From Bacteroidota bacterium (GTDB taxonomy: Bacteria > Bacteroidota > Bacteroidia > 2-12-FULL-35-15), in assembly GCA_025363555.1 (NCBI GenBank), contig JANYDQ010000157.1:2247-66246 (forward strand): a DNA stretch of 64,000 nucleotides. Direction: 5' to 3'. The notes beneath the pieces were generated by a model. It ran no database searches. It saw only the letters and a program-made list of their open reading frames with translations, and had not been told where the DNA came from. The position numbers were made by a program, and so were the translations under genes. Positions 9,656 to 18,698 of the stretch are shown piece after piece (the first letter of the stretch is position 1; each line of letters starts with the position of its first letter).

Positions 9656-12600
9656 TTAATTCTTTATAAATCGTTTCACACTCGAATGGTTTCCATCTTT
9701 AACATTGAGCAAATAAATACCACTTGTAAATTCTCCGACAGGAATGGTAGCGGAAGCACTTTTGCAAATCATTGTTTTTACCAAACTACCCATTACATCA
9801 TAAATATTAATAGTATAGTTTTTTAAAGAAGATGTATAGTTGATGGTAATATTGTCGGATGCAGGGTTTGGATAAATGTTGAATTCCCCATTTTCCATTG
9901 CCAATTGGTTAGTTGCACTTGTTACAATCGAACGTGTAAAGGTATTAACAGAAGTATTGGTAGATACGGGTGGATTAAAATCGAAATAAATGGATGCTTT
10001 ATTTAGTATTCTTGTGCCTCCTAATAAATTTGCAATAGGTTTTATGCGATATTGGACAAAACCCTGCGACCCTGCAAAGTCGGTAGTGCTGTCGGGAAGA
10101 TTGATATTATGAAAATTAAAAGTAAGCAATCTTCCGGTAAGCGAAACCACATTGGCATGGCTATAATTTATTAATTGAAAAGTGGATAAATCAAGTTTTG
10201 CATCCAGGGTATCCAACAGGCGGATGTTCATAGCAGGTGCAGTTCCGGTGTTTTGAAAATGTACGGTGTAGGTAAAATAGTCCTGCGACCTTTCAGGCAC
10301 CTGTTCAGGATAGGTTTCTTTTAAATTAGGGTCGTACGAATTATGAACATAATAACAATAATTATAATTGTTGTTGGTGCTGTCGTTATCGCCACTTGCG
10401 GGAGATACCTGAACATTGATACAAATCACATCCCCGTTTTGAGCAAACGGATTGGTGGTAAATTGTAATCCAAAATCGGTTGTATTGTTGATGTTATCAA
10501 AATTAGAAACAGGATAAGTATATACATTATTTACTATTGTTGGAGTTAATGCTCCCGAAGCAATACCATTGTAAATAACAGGTCCCGTAACCGTTACTTT
10601 TACCTGTCCGCTCACTCCGGCTGCACAGTGCATGTGGTACCAGTGACTCATATCACCAGCTACTATCCGCACTTCATGGGCTTGTCCGGGAAAAATCAGT
10701 CCGTAAGTTACTACAGATTGAGTACCTGCATCAAACCCCGGTTTACATATTATATCAAAGTTTACATCCTGTACCAGTGAGTTGGCAGAGGTTAAAACTA
10801 CTGTTGAATCCACCCCCGGATTAGCACATTGATAGGTATAAGGCACATCGGCAGTATCAATTTTTACTGTGTACGTCCCGGTAGTATCCGGGAAATCGTA
10901 GATGCCGTTTATAGCAGTATAGGTTTGGCTCAATAAATTATTTCCACTGTCGTAACATTTCAAAGGCACATTTATATAAATATGGTCGGTCGAATCTTTC
11001 ACACAATTGGAAAGACTGTCTTTATAAACAAAGCCAAGAATACCCGAAGCACTTGCACATCCGCTTACATTGCCTGCACCGCAAAGAGGGGTGGCAAGCA
11101 TAGCCCATGTCATTGCCGGAATATAATTTGGGAAACAGGTAAATGGATTATTTGAAATATTAAAATGGCTGCTATCGGCAATTGAAAAAGGAAAAACCGG
11201 GAAGCACGAAATACTATTATTATCACACCATAAATAGCTTAATCCATTAGGCAATGTTGGAAGCCCTGTTAACTGGTCTGTTTCGCAATTTAATTCGGAT
11301 AAACCAGCAGGTAATGATGGCAGTGTAATTAAAGGATTGTTGCTGCAATATAGTTTTGATAATGAAGAGGACATTACAGAAAATGACGTTATTTGATTAT
11401 TGCTGCACCATAATTCAGAAAGCGAATTATTCATTGCCGGAAACGTTGCAATTAAATTATTAGTGCAGGATAAATAATTTAGCGAAGCCGGAAATGCCGG
11501 AAATGTAGTAAGTTGATTATTGTTGCATGATAAATAACTCAACGATGAATTAAACGAAGGGAAAGAAGTAATTGCATTATTGTCACAATATATGGTGGCA
11601 AGCGAAGTTCCCAATGCAGGCAATGTTGGCAATTGATTGTTCCGGCATGACAATGTACCAAGCGAATTGGGCAATGCAGGCAGACTTGGTAAAATATTGT
11701 TGTCACAATTCAAATCAGTAAGTGCATTTGGCAAAGCCGGAAGAGTTGGTAAATAATTTGCAGAACAATTTAAAAAATTGAGTGATGCAGGGAGTGCCGG
11801 AAGAATTGTTAAAGAATCATTACTACACGTTAAAGCGGAAAGAGAATTGTCTAATGCTGGAAGAGTACCTAATGGATTATTACTGCAATTTAAAGTAACA
11901 AGCGAATTGGGTAAAGCTGGCAAACTATCTAAGTAATTAGTTGAACAATCTAAATAATTAAGTGCAGTATCTAATGCGGGAAGTACAGGTAATTGATTGC
12001 TGTAACATCTTAAATCTGTTAACCCATTGGGCAAAGCAGGAAGTGATGTTAATTGGTTGCTACTGCAATTTAATATTAAAAGGGCACTGTCCAGTGGGGG
12101 AAGACTTGGTAATAGGTTATTATAACAAATCAAAGTTGTAAGTGAAGAATCTAAAGACACAATGGAAGTCAATTGATTTTGATAACAATTCAGAAATTTG
12201 ACCGAACCGGGTAAAGCAGGAATAATTGTAATATTATTCCGGTCGCACATTAATGTATCAAGCGAAAGGGGTAAAACAGGGAGACTGGTTAAATGATTAA
12301 ATTCACAACTGATAAAGGTAAGAGAATTGGGTAAAGGAGGAAGACTTACCAATTGATTGCTGTCGCAGGAAAAATAAGTTAAAGAACCGGGTAATGCCGG
12401 AATAGTGTGAATTAAATTATAGCCGCAATACAAATGAATAAGGTGAGTAAAATAGTTTATTCCTGTTAAATCAGAAATGGAATCGCGGGTTACATCAATA
12501 TCTGTAACAGTTGATAATGACGAACAGGTGGTGTCTAATTGATTTCCTGTGATACAAATCGGATAATGGGTTTGCAACCACAAAACAAAATGAGCATCGG

Positions 12601-12673
12601 GAATAGTAACCAATTGTGGTTTTGCAATTATACTTATCAGTAAAAGTGCAATTAATGTAATTGTTTTTTTCAT
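9656..12673 (-). CDS. Leucine-rich-repeat T9SS cargo protein (~25 x 22-aa LRRs)
   Basis: Signal peptide MKKTITLIALLLISIIAKPQ. Repeats of L.xL.C.xN.L.SLP.LP.S with 66-bp DNA periodicity across 11.3-12.4 kb. The C-terminal sorting domain is ~80% identical to that of the 7849-9618 gene. Confidence 0.8.
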   Translation of the reverse strand: MKKTITLIALLLISIIAKPQLVTIPDAHFVLWLQTHYPICITGNQLDTTCSSLSTVTDIDVTRDSISDLTGINYFTHLIHLYCGYNLIHTIPALPGSLTYFSCDSNQLVSLPPLPNSLTFISCEFNHLTSLPVLPLSLDTLMCDRNNITIIPALPGSVKFLNCYQNQLTSIVSLDSSLTTLICYNNLLPSLPPLDSALLILNCSSNQLTSLPALPNGLTDLRCYSNQLPVLPALDTALNYLDCSTNYLDSLPALPNSLVTLNCSNNPLGTLPALDNSLSALTCSNDSLTILPALPASLNFLNCSANYLPTLPALPNALTDLNCDNNILPSLPALPNSLGTLSCRNNQLPTLPALGTSLATIYCDNNAITSFPSFNSSLSYLSCNNNQLTTFPAFPASLNYLSCTNNLIATFPAMNNSLSELWCSNNQITSFSVMSSSLSKLYCSNNPLITLPSLPAGLSELNCETDQLTGLPTLPNGLSYLWCDNNSISCFPVFPFSIADSSHFNISNNPFTCFPNYIPAMTWAMLATPLCGAGNVSGCASASGILGFVYKDSLSNCVKDSTDHIYINVPLKCYDSGNNLLSQTYTAINGIYDFPDTTGTYTVKIDTADVPYTYQCANPGVDSTVVLTSANSLVQDVNFDIICKPGFDAGTQSVVTYGLIFPGQAHEVRIVAGDMSHWYHMHCAAGVSGQVKVTVTGPVIYNGIASGALTPTIVNNVYTYPVSNFDNINNTTDFGLQFTTNPFAQNGDVICINVQVSPASGDNDSTNNNYNYCYYVHNSYDPNLKETYPEQVPERSQDYFTYTVHFQNTGTAPAMNIRLLDTLDAKLDLSTFQLINYSHANVVSLTGRLLTFNFHNINLPDSTTDFAGSQGFVQYRIKPIANLLGGTRILNKASIYFDFNPPVSTNTSVNTFTRSIVTSATNQLAMENGEFNIYPNPASDNITINYTSSLKNYTINIYDVMGSLVKTMICKSASATIPVGEFTSGIYLLNVKDGNHSSVKRFIKN

Positions 12674-13019
12674 AGCATTTAGGTTTTAAGTTGATGTATA
12701 ATTATTACGCAACAAAAATATAGTAAAAAAAAATGAAATAAACTGCCAATATGGCGAATGGTAGCCTGAACTAGTGAACGAACGGTTTGGGCACTTGAAT
12801 GGTAGGTTTGGGCGGTTAAGCGGTAATCGGGCAAAAAATTGATTTTGAAACCTGATTTCCTTTCAAAGCATTGCCGTTAAATAAACACAGAAGATATGAA
12901 AATGAATTTGACGGGTTTTGGAATAAAAAGACTGACAAAACAAAAAGGGCTTTTTTCGCCTTTTTTTGAAAAACAGGATGCAAGAAAGTAGTGAAAAGGA
13001 AAATAGGCAAACAAAAAAA

Positions 13020-13049
13020 AGTCTCCCGAAAGCGGAAGACTTTTATTTG
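13020..13049 (-). terminator. Rho-independent terminator downstream of the desaturase gene
   Basis: Minus-strand reading: AGTCTTCC-GCTTTC-GGGAGACT hairpin (one G·U pair) followed by a U8 run. Confidence 0.6.
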
Positions 13050-13069
13050 AAATTTAGGTTCAGCGTTTA

Positions 13070-14188
13070 TTAACCCATGCTGTTTGCAATAGCAAAAAAG
13101 GTAACATCGTTTTTGCCTAACCTGGAAATAACGCGCATATGAGATGCAAATGCTTTCCAGAACGATTCGTTATATAAATACGGTACTCCAAACTCTTTTG
13201 CTGTTTGTTCCACAATGGGAGCAATGGCAGGATAGTGAACATGACACACACGGGGAAACAAGTGATGTATTGCTTGGAAATTTAAACCGCCTACATAATA
13301 GGTTATCAGCGGATTGTGTTTGGCAAAGTCGGCTGTTGTTTGCAACTGGTGTATCGCCCATTCGTTTTCTATATTTCCTTTCTCATCCGGTTTAGGGAAA
13401 GTTGTTTCTTCAATGACGTGTGCCAATTGAAACACCACAGATAAAATAATACCTGCAACGAGGTGTAGAGATAAAAAGCCTAAAAACACCTGCCCGAAGG
13501 ATAAGTGCAAAAGCATCATTGGCAACACAAACATATAGGTGTAATAAATAATTTTCCAGAAAAGGATAACAAGTAAGGTTTTGGTTTTCCCCCAGGTGCT
13601 TTCGCGGTTATGCCCTTCTTTTATAAACTGATAATATTGAATAAAATCTTTGGCAGTAGTCCAGTAAAGCGACATGATAGAATAAAACAAAAACACATAA
13701 AACACCTGGATGCGCTGAATTTTATTGTATTTCCCGTTAGGAGAAAACCGCATAATCACTTTGTCGTCTATATCTCTGTCGTGCCCGGAAATGTTGGTGT
13801 AGGTATGGTGAAGAATATTATGCTGGGTAATCCAGTTTTTGTTATCCCCACCCACAATAGAAAGCGACATGGACATCAGTCTGTTTGCCAGTTGGCTGGA
13901 CGAATAAGCACCGTGATTAGCATCGTGCATCACACTCATGCCTATACCGGCAAGCCCCAAACCCATGATTAACGACATCAGCCACATTACCAAATGACTG
14001 TAGCCCTGGGTCATAATGAGTGCGTAAGGAACAAAGTAAAGGGAAAGCATAACAATGGATTTGAAAACCATTTTAAAATTAGCGTGTTGGGATATTTTGT
14101 GGTCTATGAAATACTGGTCAACGCGCTCTTTTAATGTGTTAAAAAACTGTGTTTTGTCTTTATTTATAAACTTTATTTTCTGTTTCAT
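13070..14188 (-). CDS. Membrane fatty-acid desaturase (histidine-box family)
   Basis: Three His boxes are present: HDANHG, HNILHH and HHLFP..CHVHY. Several transmembrane stretches. Confidence 0.85.
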   Translation of the reverse strand: MKQKIKFINKDKTQFFNTLKERVDQYFIDHKISQHANFKMVFKSIVMLSLYFVPYALIMTQGYSHLVMWLMSLIMGLGLAGIGMSVMHDANHGAYSSSQLANRLMSMSLSIVGGDNKNWITQHNILHHTYTNISGHDRDIDDKVIMRFSPNGKYNKIQRIQVFYVFLFYSIMSLYWTTAKDFIQYYQFIKEGHNRESTWGKTKTLLVILFWKIIYYTYMFVLPMMLLHLSFGQVFLGFLSLHLVAGIILSVVFQLAHVIEETTFPKPDEKGNIENEWAIHQLQTTADFAKHNPLITYYVGGLNFQAIHHLFPRVCHVHYPAIAPIVEQTAKEFGVPYLYNESFWKAFASHMRVISRLGKNDVTFFAIANSMG

Positions 14189-14266
14189 TTTATTAAATAT
14201 ATAAAGTACAAAGGTACGTAAAAAAACGTTATCTTTAGCAAGAATTGTAGTGAAAACGCAGGGTGT

Positions 14267-14611
14267 TTATAAGTTTATGTCCATCTTTTTGTAAAAAACC
14301 ACCATGCTCGAAAGAAAGAAAATAGAAAAAACAATTCCGACAAAACTGATGTCATTAATAAGGACAAGAATAATTTCTTTTGTAAAAAAAGTGAGGATAA
14401 ACAAACTTACTCCCCACCGTTTCATGTGCCATACTCCAATGTAAGAAATGAAACTGGCAGCAACCAGTAAACCGAATAATGCCGGATACCAGTCGCCCAG
14501 CTTTTTTATGGAGGGAGAAAATACTGCCGGAAGGCTGAATACAATCCAGGTAAAACCAAGAATACAAACAACGGTAATTAATACAGGTCTTTTTTTTATT
14601 ACTGCTTCCAT
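14267..14611 (-). CDS. Small multi-pass membrane protein, hypothetical
   Basis: 114 aa with four hydrophobic segments and no recognisable motif. Confidence 0.45.
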   Translation of the reverse strand: MEAVIKKRPVLITVVCILGFTWIVFSLPAVFSPSIKKLGDWYPALFGLLVAASFISYIGVWHMKRWGVSLFILTFFTKEIILVLINDISFVGIVFSIFFLSSMVVFYKKMDINL

Positions 14612-14702
14612 CTGATAAATGGCTAAAATGTTTTATTGTTATATTGTTTAATTACGTAAAGACAAATTGACAAATGAACTAGTGAACCAATGAACAAATA
14701 AA

Positions 14703-15947
14703 CTAACTTGCTCTAATTGCTTCCACAGGGTCGAGCTGTGATGCTCCATAAGCAGGCACAAACCCGGAAACCACCCCTATTAATATGGAAATGGTGAATC
14801 CTAAAATAATGTTTGATTTGGTTAGCGTAATTTCCATACCAAACGAATCGCCTGCGGTGATGGTAATAATGTACACAATCAACAAGCCAATGATGCCGCC
14901 TATCAGCGATAAAAAAATAGATTCAAAAATAAACTGTAACAGGATAAAATAGTTTTTTGCACCCAGGGATTTTTGAATCCCGATAATGTTGGTGCGCTCC
15001 TTAACAGAAACAAACATAATATTGGCAATACCAAAACCTCCCACCAGTATAGAGAATCCCCCGATTATCCAGCCGGCAATGCCAACAATATCAAATAACT
15101 GGTCGAACTGGTTTGAAATTAAACTGGTTTGGTTCAGCGCAAAATTATCTTCTGCTTTGGGTTGTAACTTGCGGATGGAACGCATCAAACCGGTTAACTC
15201 ATCTATTAATTCAGTGTTACTCACTCCTGCTTTTGCACGCACAAGGAGTTGAGGGTCCAGGTTTTCACTTCTGATATCTATCAAGCTGCGTGCAAATTGC
15301 ACCGGCACCAATACCTGCGTATCAGGACTTCCGCCCAAAATACTTTCGCCTTCTTTTTTGAAAATACCTATTACCATTACCTTTGAACCATTCACTTTTA
15401 TCATTTGCCCTAACGGATTTTGAGTAGGGAAGAGTGCTTTTGCCAGCACATCGCCTATAACAGCTACCGGTCTGCCGGCTGATGATTCTACTTCAGTAAA
15501 ATAACGCCCATCGGCTATTTCAAAATTCTTTACTTTGTCGTATTGGTGAGATGCACAAATAATAGTAACATTTTCGATACTGTTGCTTCTGTATTTCACG
15601 GTAATGTTGGTACTGATTGCAAATGCTGCCGATTGTGCTCCATCGCATTTGCGCAGAATGGCATCCAGCTCGGTATAATCGGGCAGCGGACGATTCATAT
15701 ATTTCCACCAGGGATAATCGGGTCCGAATGTCCAGGGCCACTTTTCCACAAATACCACATCGTCACCCAGGCTTTGAACACTTTTACGAAGGTTTTGTTC
15801 CAATGAATCCACTACTGTGAACACGGTGATGATAGCGAAAATACCAATGGTGATGCCTAAAAGAGAAAGGAAAGTACGGAGCTTGTTTACCACCAGCGCA
15901 TTGATGGCAAACAAAATACTTTCGCGAAAAAGTCCTAAAAAAAGCAT
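14703..15947 (-). CDS. ABC transporter permease, FtsX/MacB-like (orphan, no adjacent ATPase)
   Basis: N-terminal TM segment, large periplasmic domain, then C-terminal FtsX-type 3-TM bundle. 414 aa. Confidence 0.85.
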   Translation of the reverse strand: MLFLGLFRESILFAINALVVNKLRTFLSLLGITIGIFAIITVFTVVDSLEQNLRKSVQSLGDDVVFVEKWPWTFGPDYPWWKYMNRPLPDYTELDAILRKCDGAQSAAFAISTNITVKYRSNSIENVTIICASHQYDKVKNFEIADGRYFTEVESSAGRPVAVIGDVLAKALFPTQNPLGQMIKVNGSKVMVIGIFKKEGESILGGSPDTQVLVPVQFARSLIDIRSENLDPQLLVRAKAGVSNTELIDELTGLMRSIRKLQPKAEDNFALNQTSLISNQFDQLFDIVGIAGWIIGGFSILVGGFGIANIMFVSVKERTNIIGIQKSLGAKNYFILLQFIFESIFLSLIGGIIGLLIVYIITITAGDSFGMEITLTKSNIILGFTISILIGVVSGFVPAYGASQLDPVEAIRAS

Positions 15948-16042
15948 ACTGTTTTTAAAGTTTTAAAGTATGCAAATGTAATATTTTTCCGCCTGTGATG
16001 GGATTTTGAAAAAGAAAGTAAATACAAAAGTGCATAAAAAAA

Positions 16043-16078
16043 CCCGCTATGGTATTTACTACCATAGCGGGAATTTTT
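16043..16078. terminator. Strong bidirectional rho-independent terminator
   Basis: CCCGCTATGGTA-TTTAC-TACCATAGCGGG is a perfect 12-bp stem, flanked by an A7 run and TTTTT. Confidence 0.8.
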
Positions 16079-16094
16079 AATAATGAACGACTAT

Positions 16095-16778
16095 TTACAT
16101 AATCATTACATTATACACCACGCTCCAGGCACCGAATTCGCCCACAGCGTTGCCCCAGCATAAGCGGAAAGACAGAATTTGCCCTGTATTTTCTTCCGCG
16201 AAGCTCATTTTGCCGTTGAACCTGGTAAAATTACCAAGAAAAGCAAATTTAAGCACACTGGGTGCCGGCTGTCCGAAAGGAACAACTATGCCGAACACCT
16301 GGTAACTTTTTACCCCGGCAGGTTTCTTTCTGCTGCTGGGCGAGTTTTCATCGCGCACATCCAACCCGATAAACAAATGCTGGTTGTTTTTTGCATTTGC
16401 ATTAACCGGTGTACTTGTTGGCTTCACCGCTTTGGTACGTGCCGAAGGAACGTTTACGCCAAGCGTTACACGGTTTCCGTCCGTCAAATTCACATTTTTG
16501 TTGATGTGATTTGCTGCAAAAAGCCGTAAACTCTTTTCGTAAGTACCTCTCGCAAGGTTCTTGTTTTTAACTTGAGTAGCCGATCTGCTACCCTTTACTG
16601 CTTTACTTCCCACTGCATAAGCATTCACCCATGTAGTTTGTTCGGTTAGTAAACCCGTTAAGTCGGCAGGTACAAGACCTAACGCAACTAACATAGTGGC
16701 TACTTCTGTCATAAAGTTCGACTGCCATCCGTCAAAGCTTTCGTCCGTTTCCGGAATGTAATTATTGGCTGTTGCCAT
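16095..16778 (-). CDS. Hypothetical protein with no signal peptide and no recognised domain
   Basis: 227-aa ORF with good coding look, terminator downstream and a palindrome upstream. No family recognised. Confidence 0.55.
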   Translation of the reverse strand: MATANNYIPETDESFDGWQSNFMTEVATMLVALGLVPADLTGLLTEQTTWVNAYAVGSKAVKGSRSATQVKNKNLARGTYEKSLRLFAANHINKNVNLTDGNRVTLGVNVPSARTKAVKPTSTPVNANAKNNQHLFIGLDVRDENSPSSRKKPAGVKSYQVFGIVVPFGQPAPSVLKFAFLGNFTRFNGKMSFAEENTGQILSFRLCWGNAVGEFGAWSVVYNVMIM

Positions 16779-16806
16779 ACTTTTTTCAAAAGGGATTTTT
16801 TATAAA

Positions 16807-16824
16807 AGCTATATCATTATAGCT
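16807..16824. promoter_or_regulatory. Palindrome AGCTATA-tcat-TATAGCT about 30 bp upstream of the 16095-16778 gene
   Basis: 7-bp perfect inverted arms with a 4-bp centre inside an AT-rich divergent region. Confidence 0.35.
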
Positions 16825-17117
16825 ATTTAGTCCCTCTACTTATAAGACGTGCATAATACATAAAAGGTTGCATGAATCCTATATATTTTTTAATTTATTT
16901 TAATAATAATTTTAATTCACTGTATTCCAATTACATAAATCACATATTTATTTATTCAAATGTTAAAATTTGCCTTGTTTTAGATATTTTTTAAAAAATA
17001 TAAATAATAATAAAAGCTTTTTTTTGATTTTATTTCCATTCATTATCCCCTGGTGCCCGAACCCAACAATCTTTAAATAAATGATAAGTAATGTAATGTG
17101 CTTATTTCGTAAGGCAT

Positions 17118-17306
17118 GCAAAAGTTTCCCATAGCAAAGGGAAAGTTTCCCATAGCAAAGGGAAAGTTTCCCATAACAAAGGGAAAGTTTTACTTAGCAA
17201 AGGGAAAGTTTTACTTAGCAAAGGGAAAGTTTCCCATAACAAATGGAAAGTTTCCCATAACAAAGGGAAGGTTTCCCATAACAAAGGGAAAGTCTCGGGT
17301 ACTAAA
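17118..17306. repeat. Tandem array of ~8.5 copies of a 21-bp unit GGGAAAGTTTCCCATA(A/G)CAAA containing the palindrome GGGAAAnTTTCCC
   Basis: Copies start at 17139, 17160, 17181, 17202, 17223, 17244 and 17265 (each 21 bp), with a degenerate copy at 17286. Copies 3-4 are the variant GGGAAAGTTTTACTTAGCAAA. The array lies in a 720-bp divergent intergenic region. Confidence 0.9.
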
Positions 17307-17492
17307 GGGTATATTTGCCTTTTGTCACGTTTGGGAGTTTGGTTTGCTTCTTTAATTTATTATTAATTAATATTTTTAACAGCCCGCTCTAAAAAGAAAA
17401 ATTTAAAGTCCCCTAATTTCTAAGATGCTAAAAAAACAACATTTTTAATTGGGCGGAATTTTTAGTTTGTGTTTTTAATCGAAATTTATTTT

Positions 17493-17500
17493 TACCTTTG
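17493..17500 (+). promoter_or_regulatory. Bacteroidota-type -7 box TACCTTTG (TAnnTTTG) abutting the start of the HYC_CC_PP-like gene
   Basis: Exact match to the TAnnTTTG consensus. The start codons GTG/ATG/ATG lie at 17500-17508, implying a leaderless or near-leaderless transcript. Confidence 0.45.
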
Positions 17501-17901
17501 TGATGATGAAGAAAATAGTTTCTGTATTTCTTGCTTTTATATTTGGCTTATCTGCTATGGGTATGGAGGTAACTATGCACCATTGCAAGGGTGAAACTTC
17601 TTATATTGTATTTGGAATTGATTTTAATAAGCATTGTAAATGCAAACACGAAAACAGAAAACACAATAAAAACTGTTGTGATAGAAAAAGTATTTTCGTA
17701 AAAACGGTTGGAGACAGTTTCTCCAATACAACTAAGGTAGTTTCGTTCAATAAAATTTGTTTGAATCCATTTTTAGTTTCTGAAGGTTTTTTAACAAAAT
17801 TTTGTAGTTATAAAAATTACAATTCTGCTTCTTACATTTCTAAAGTCCCTCCTGACAGGGGCATTCCTCTTAATACGCTCAACTGCGTTTCCCGAATATA
17901 A
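17500..17901 (+). CDS. Small secreted Cys/His-rich protein, HYC_CC_PP-like (motifs MHHC, CC, PP)
   Basis: Signal peptide MMMKKIVSVFLAFIFGLSAMG, then 'MHHCKGE', 'KNCCDRK' and 'VPPDRG'. The true start may be the ATG at 17503 or 17506. Confidence 0.6.
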   Translation: MMMKKIVSVFLAFIFGLSAMGMEVTMHHCKGETSYIVFGIDFNKHCKCKHENRKHNKNCCDRKSIFVKTVGDSFSNTTKVVSFNKICLNPFLVSEGFLTKFCSYKNYNSASYISKVPPDRGIPLNTLNCVSRI

Positions 17902-18048
17902 ATTTTTTCTATGAGCTATGTTTGTACTTTAGGGTGCTTGCATCGTTCGCCAAATTTTGGTCAAACATTACTCTTTAAATCAAAGGGTTCAATGATTTGA
18001 ATCCTAATTATCATTCACTGAAACAAATAAACAATTAAATAAAAAAAA

Positions 18049-18660
18049 ATGAAAAAAACAATAACTCTAATTTTATCTGCCGTTACTATGTTTTCGGCAA
18101 ATGCAACCATTCGCACTATTACTTGTCAGGACAGTCCTTCCCATTTTTTACCTGTTACGCTAAATGCTGCGGTTGGGGATACCATACACTGGACATGGAT
18201 TGCAGGTGATCACGTGGTGGGTCCGGTAAACTCATCTTTTATACCAACCGGTGCCGCTATGTTTAATGTACCAATTGATATGAGCAATCATTCTTTCAAT
18301 TATGTGGTAACAGTTGCGGGAAACTATCATTATGTTTGCCACCCGGCTTCTCCTCACGGGGAAGATGGTTACATTGTGGTTTCAGGTACTGCTGGAGTTG
18401 CGAATTATACCACTTTGAATACTCTTTTTTCAATTTATCCTAATCCTTCCAGCGGAAATTTTCAATTTTCAATTTCAGATTTAACGTTTACTTCAAATTG
18501 TAAAGTGGTGATTTATAACATACATGGACAAGTTATTTATACTTCGGAAATTACAAATTCACAATCGGAAATTGATTTGAGTACAGAAACAAAAGGGCTT
18601 TATTTTTTAGAATATTTTAATGGAGAATCAATTCTTACTAAAAAAATAGCGATACAATAA
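18049..18660 (+). CDS. Cupredoxin-like (plastocyanin/azurin-fold) protein with T9SS C-terminal sorting domain
   Basis: 'GDTIHWTW..GDHVV...GNYHYVCHPASPHG..G.IVV' fits the cupredoxin pattern with His/Cys/His ligands. The axial Met appears to be absent. C-terminus 'FSIYPNPSSGNFQF...GLYFLEY..KKIAIQ'. Confidence 0.65.
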   Translation: MKKTITLILSAVTMFSANATIRTITCQDSPSHFLPVTLNAAVGDTIHWTWIAGDHVVGPVNSSFIPTGAAMFNVPIDMSNHSFNYVVTVAGNYHYVCHPASPHGEDGYIVVSGTAGVANYTTLNTLFSIYPNPSSGNFQFSISDLTFTSNCKVVIYNIHGQVIYTSEITNSQSEIDLSTETKGLYFLEYFNGESILTKKIAIQ

Positions 18661-18698
18661 ATAAACAAAATCAACTAACAACTAACAATAAAACAAAA

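Noticed and set aside
12816-13010. 64-aa minus-strand ORF in the desaturase/LRR intergenic region
   Set aside because: Low-complexity, Lys/Phe-rich and overlapping the terminator hairpin. More likely non-coding regulatory DNA.
17118-17306. Possible CRISPR array
   Set aside because: Repeats are contiguous with no unique spacers, and the unit length is 21 bp. No cas genes are present in the window.
17102-17355. ORFs 17102-17284 (minus) and 17116-17355 (plus) encoding FPIAKGK-type repeats
   Set aside because: They are straight translations of the 21-bp tandem DNA repeat in both orientations. They have no start context and are mutually overlapping. They are called as a repeat, not as genes.
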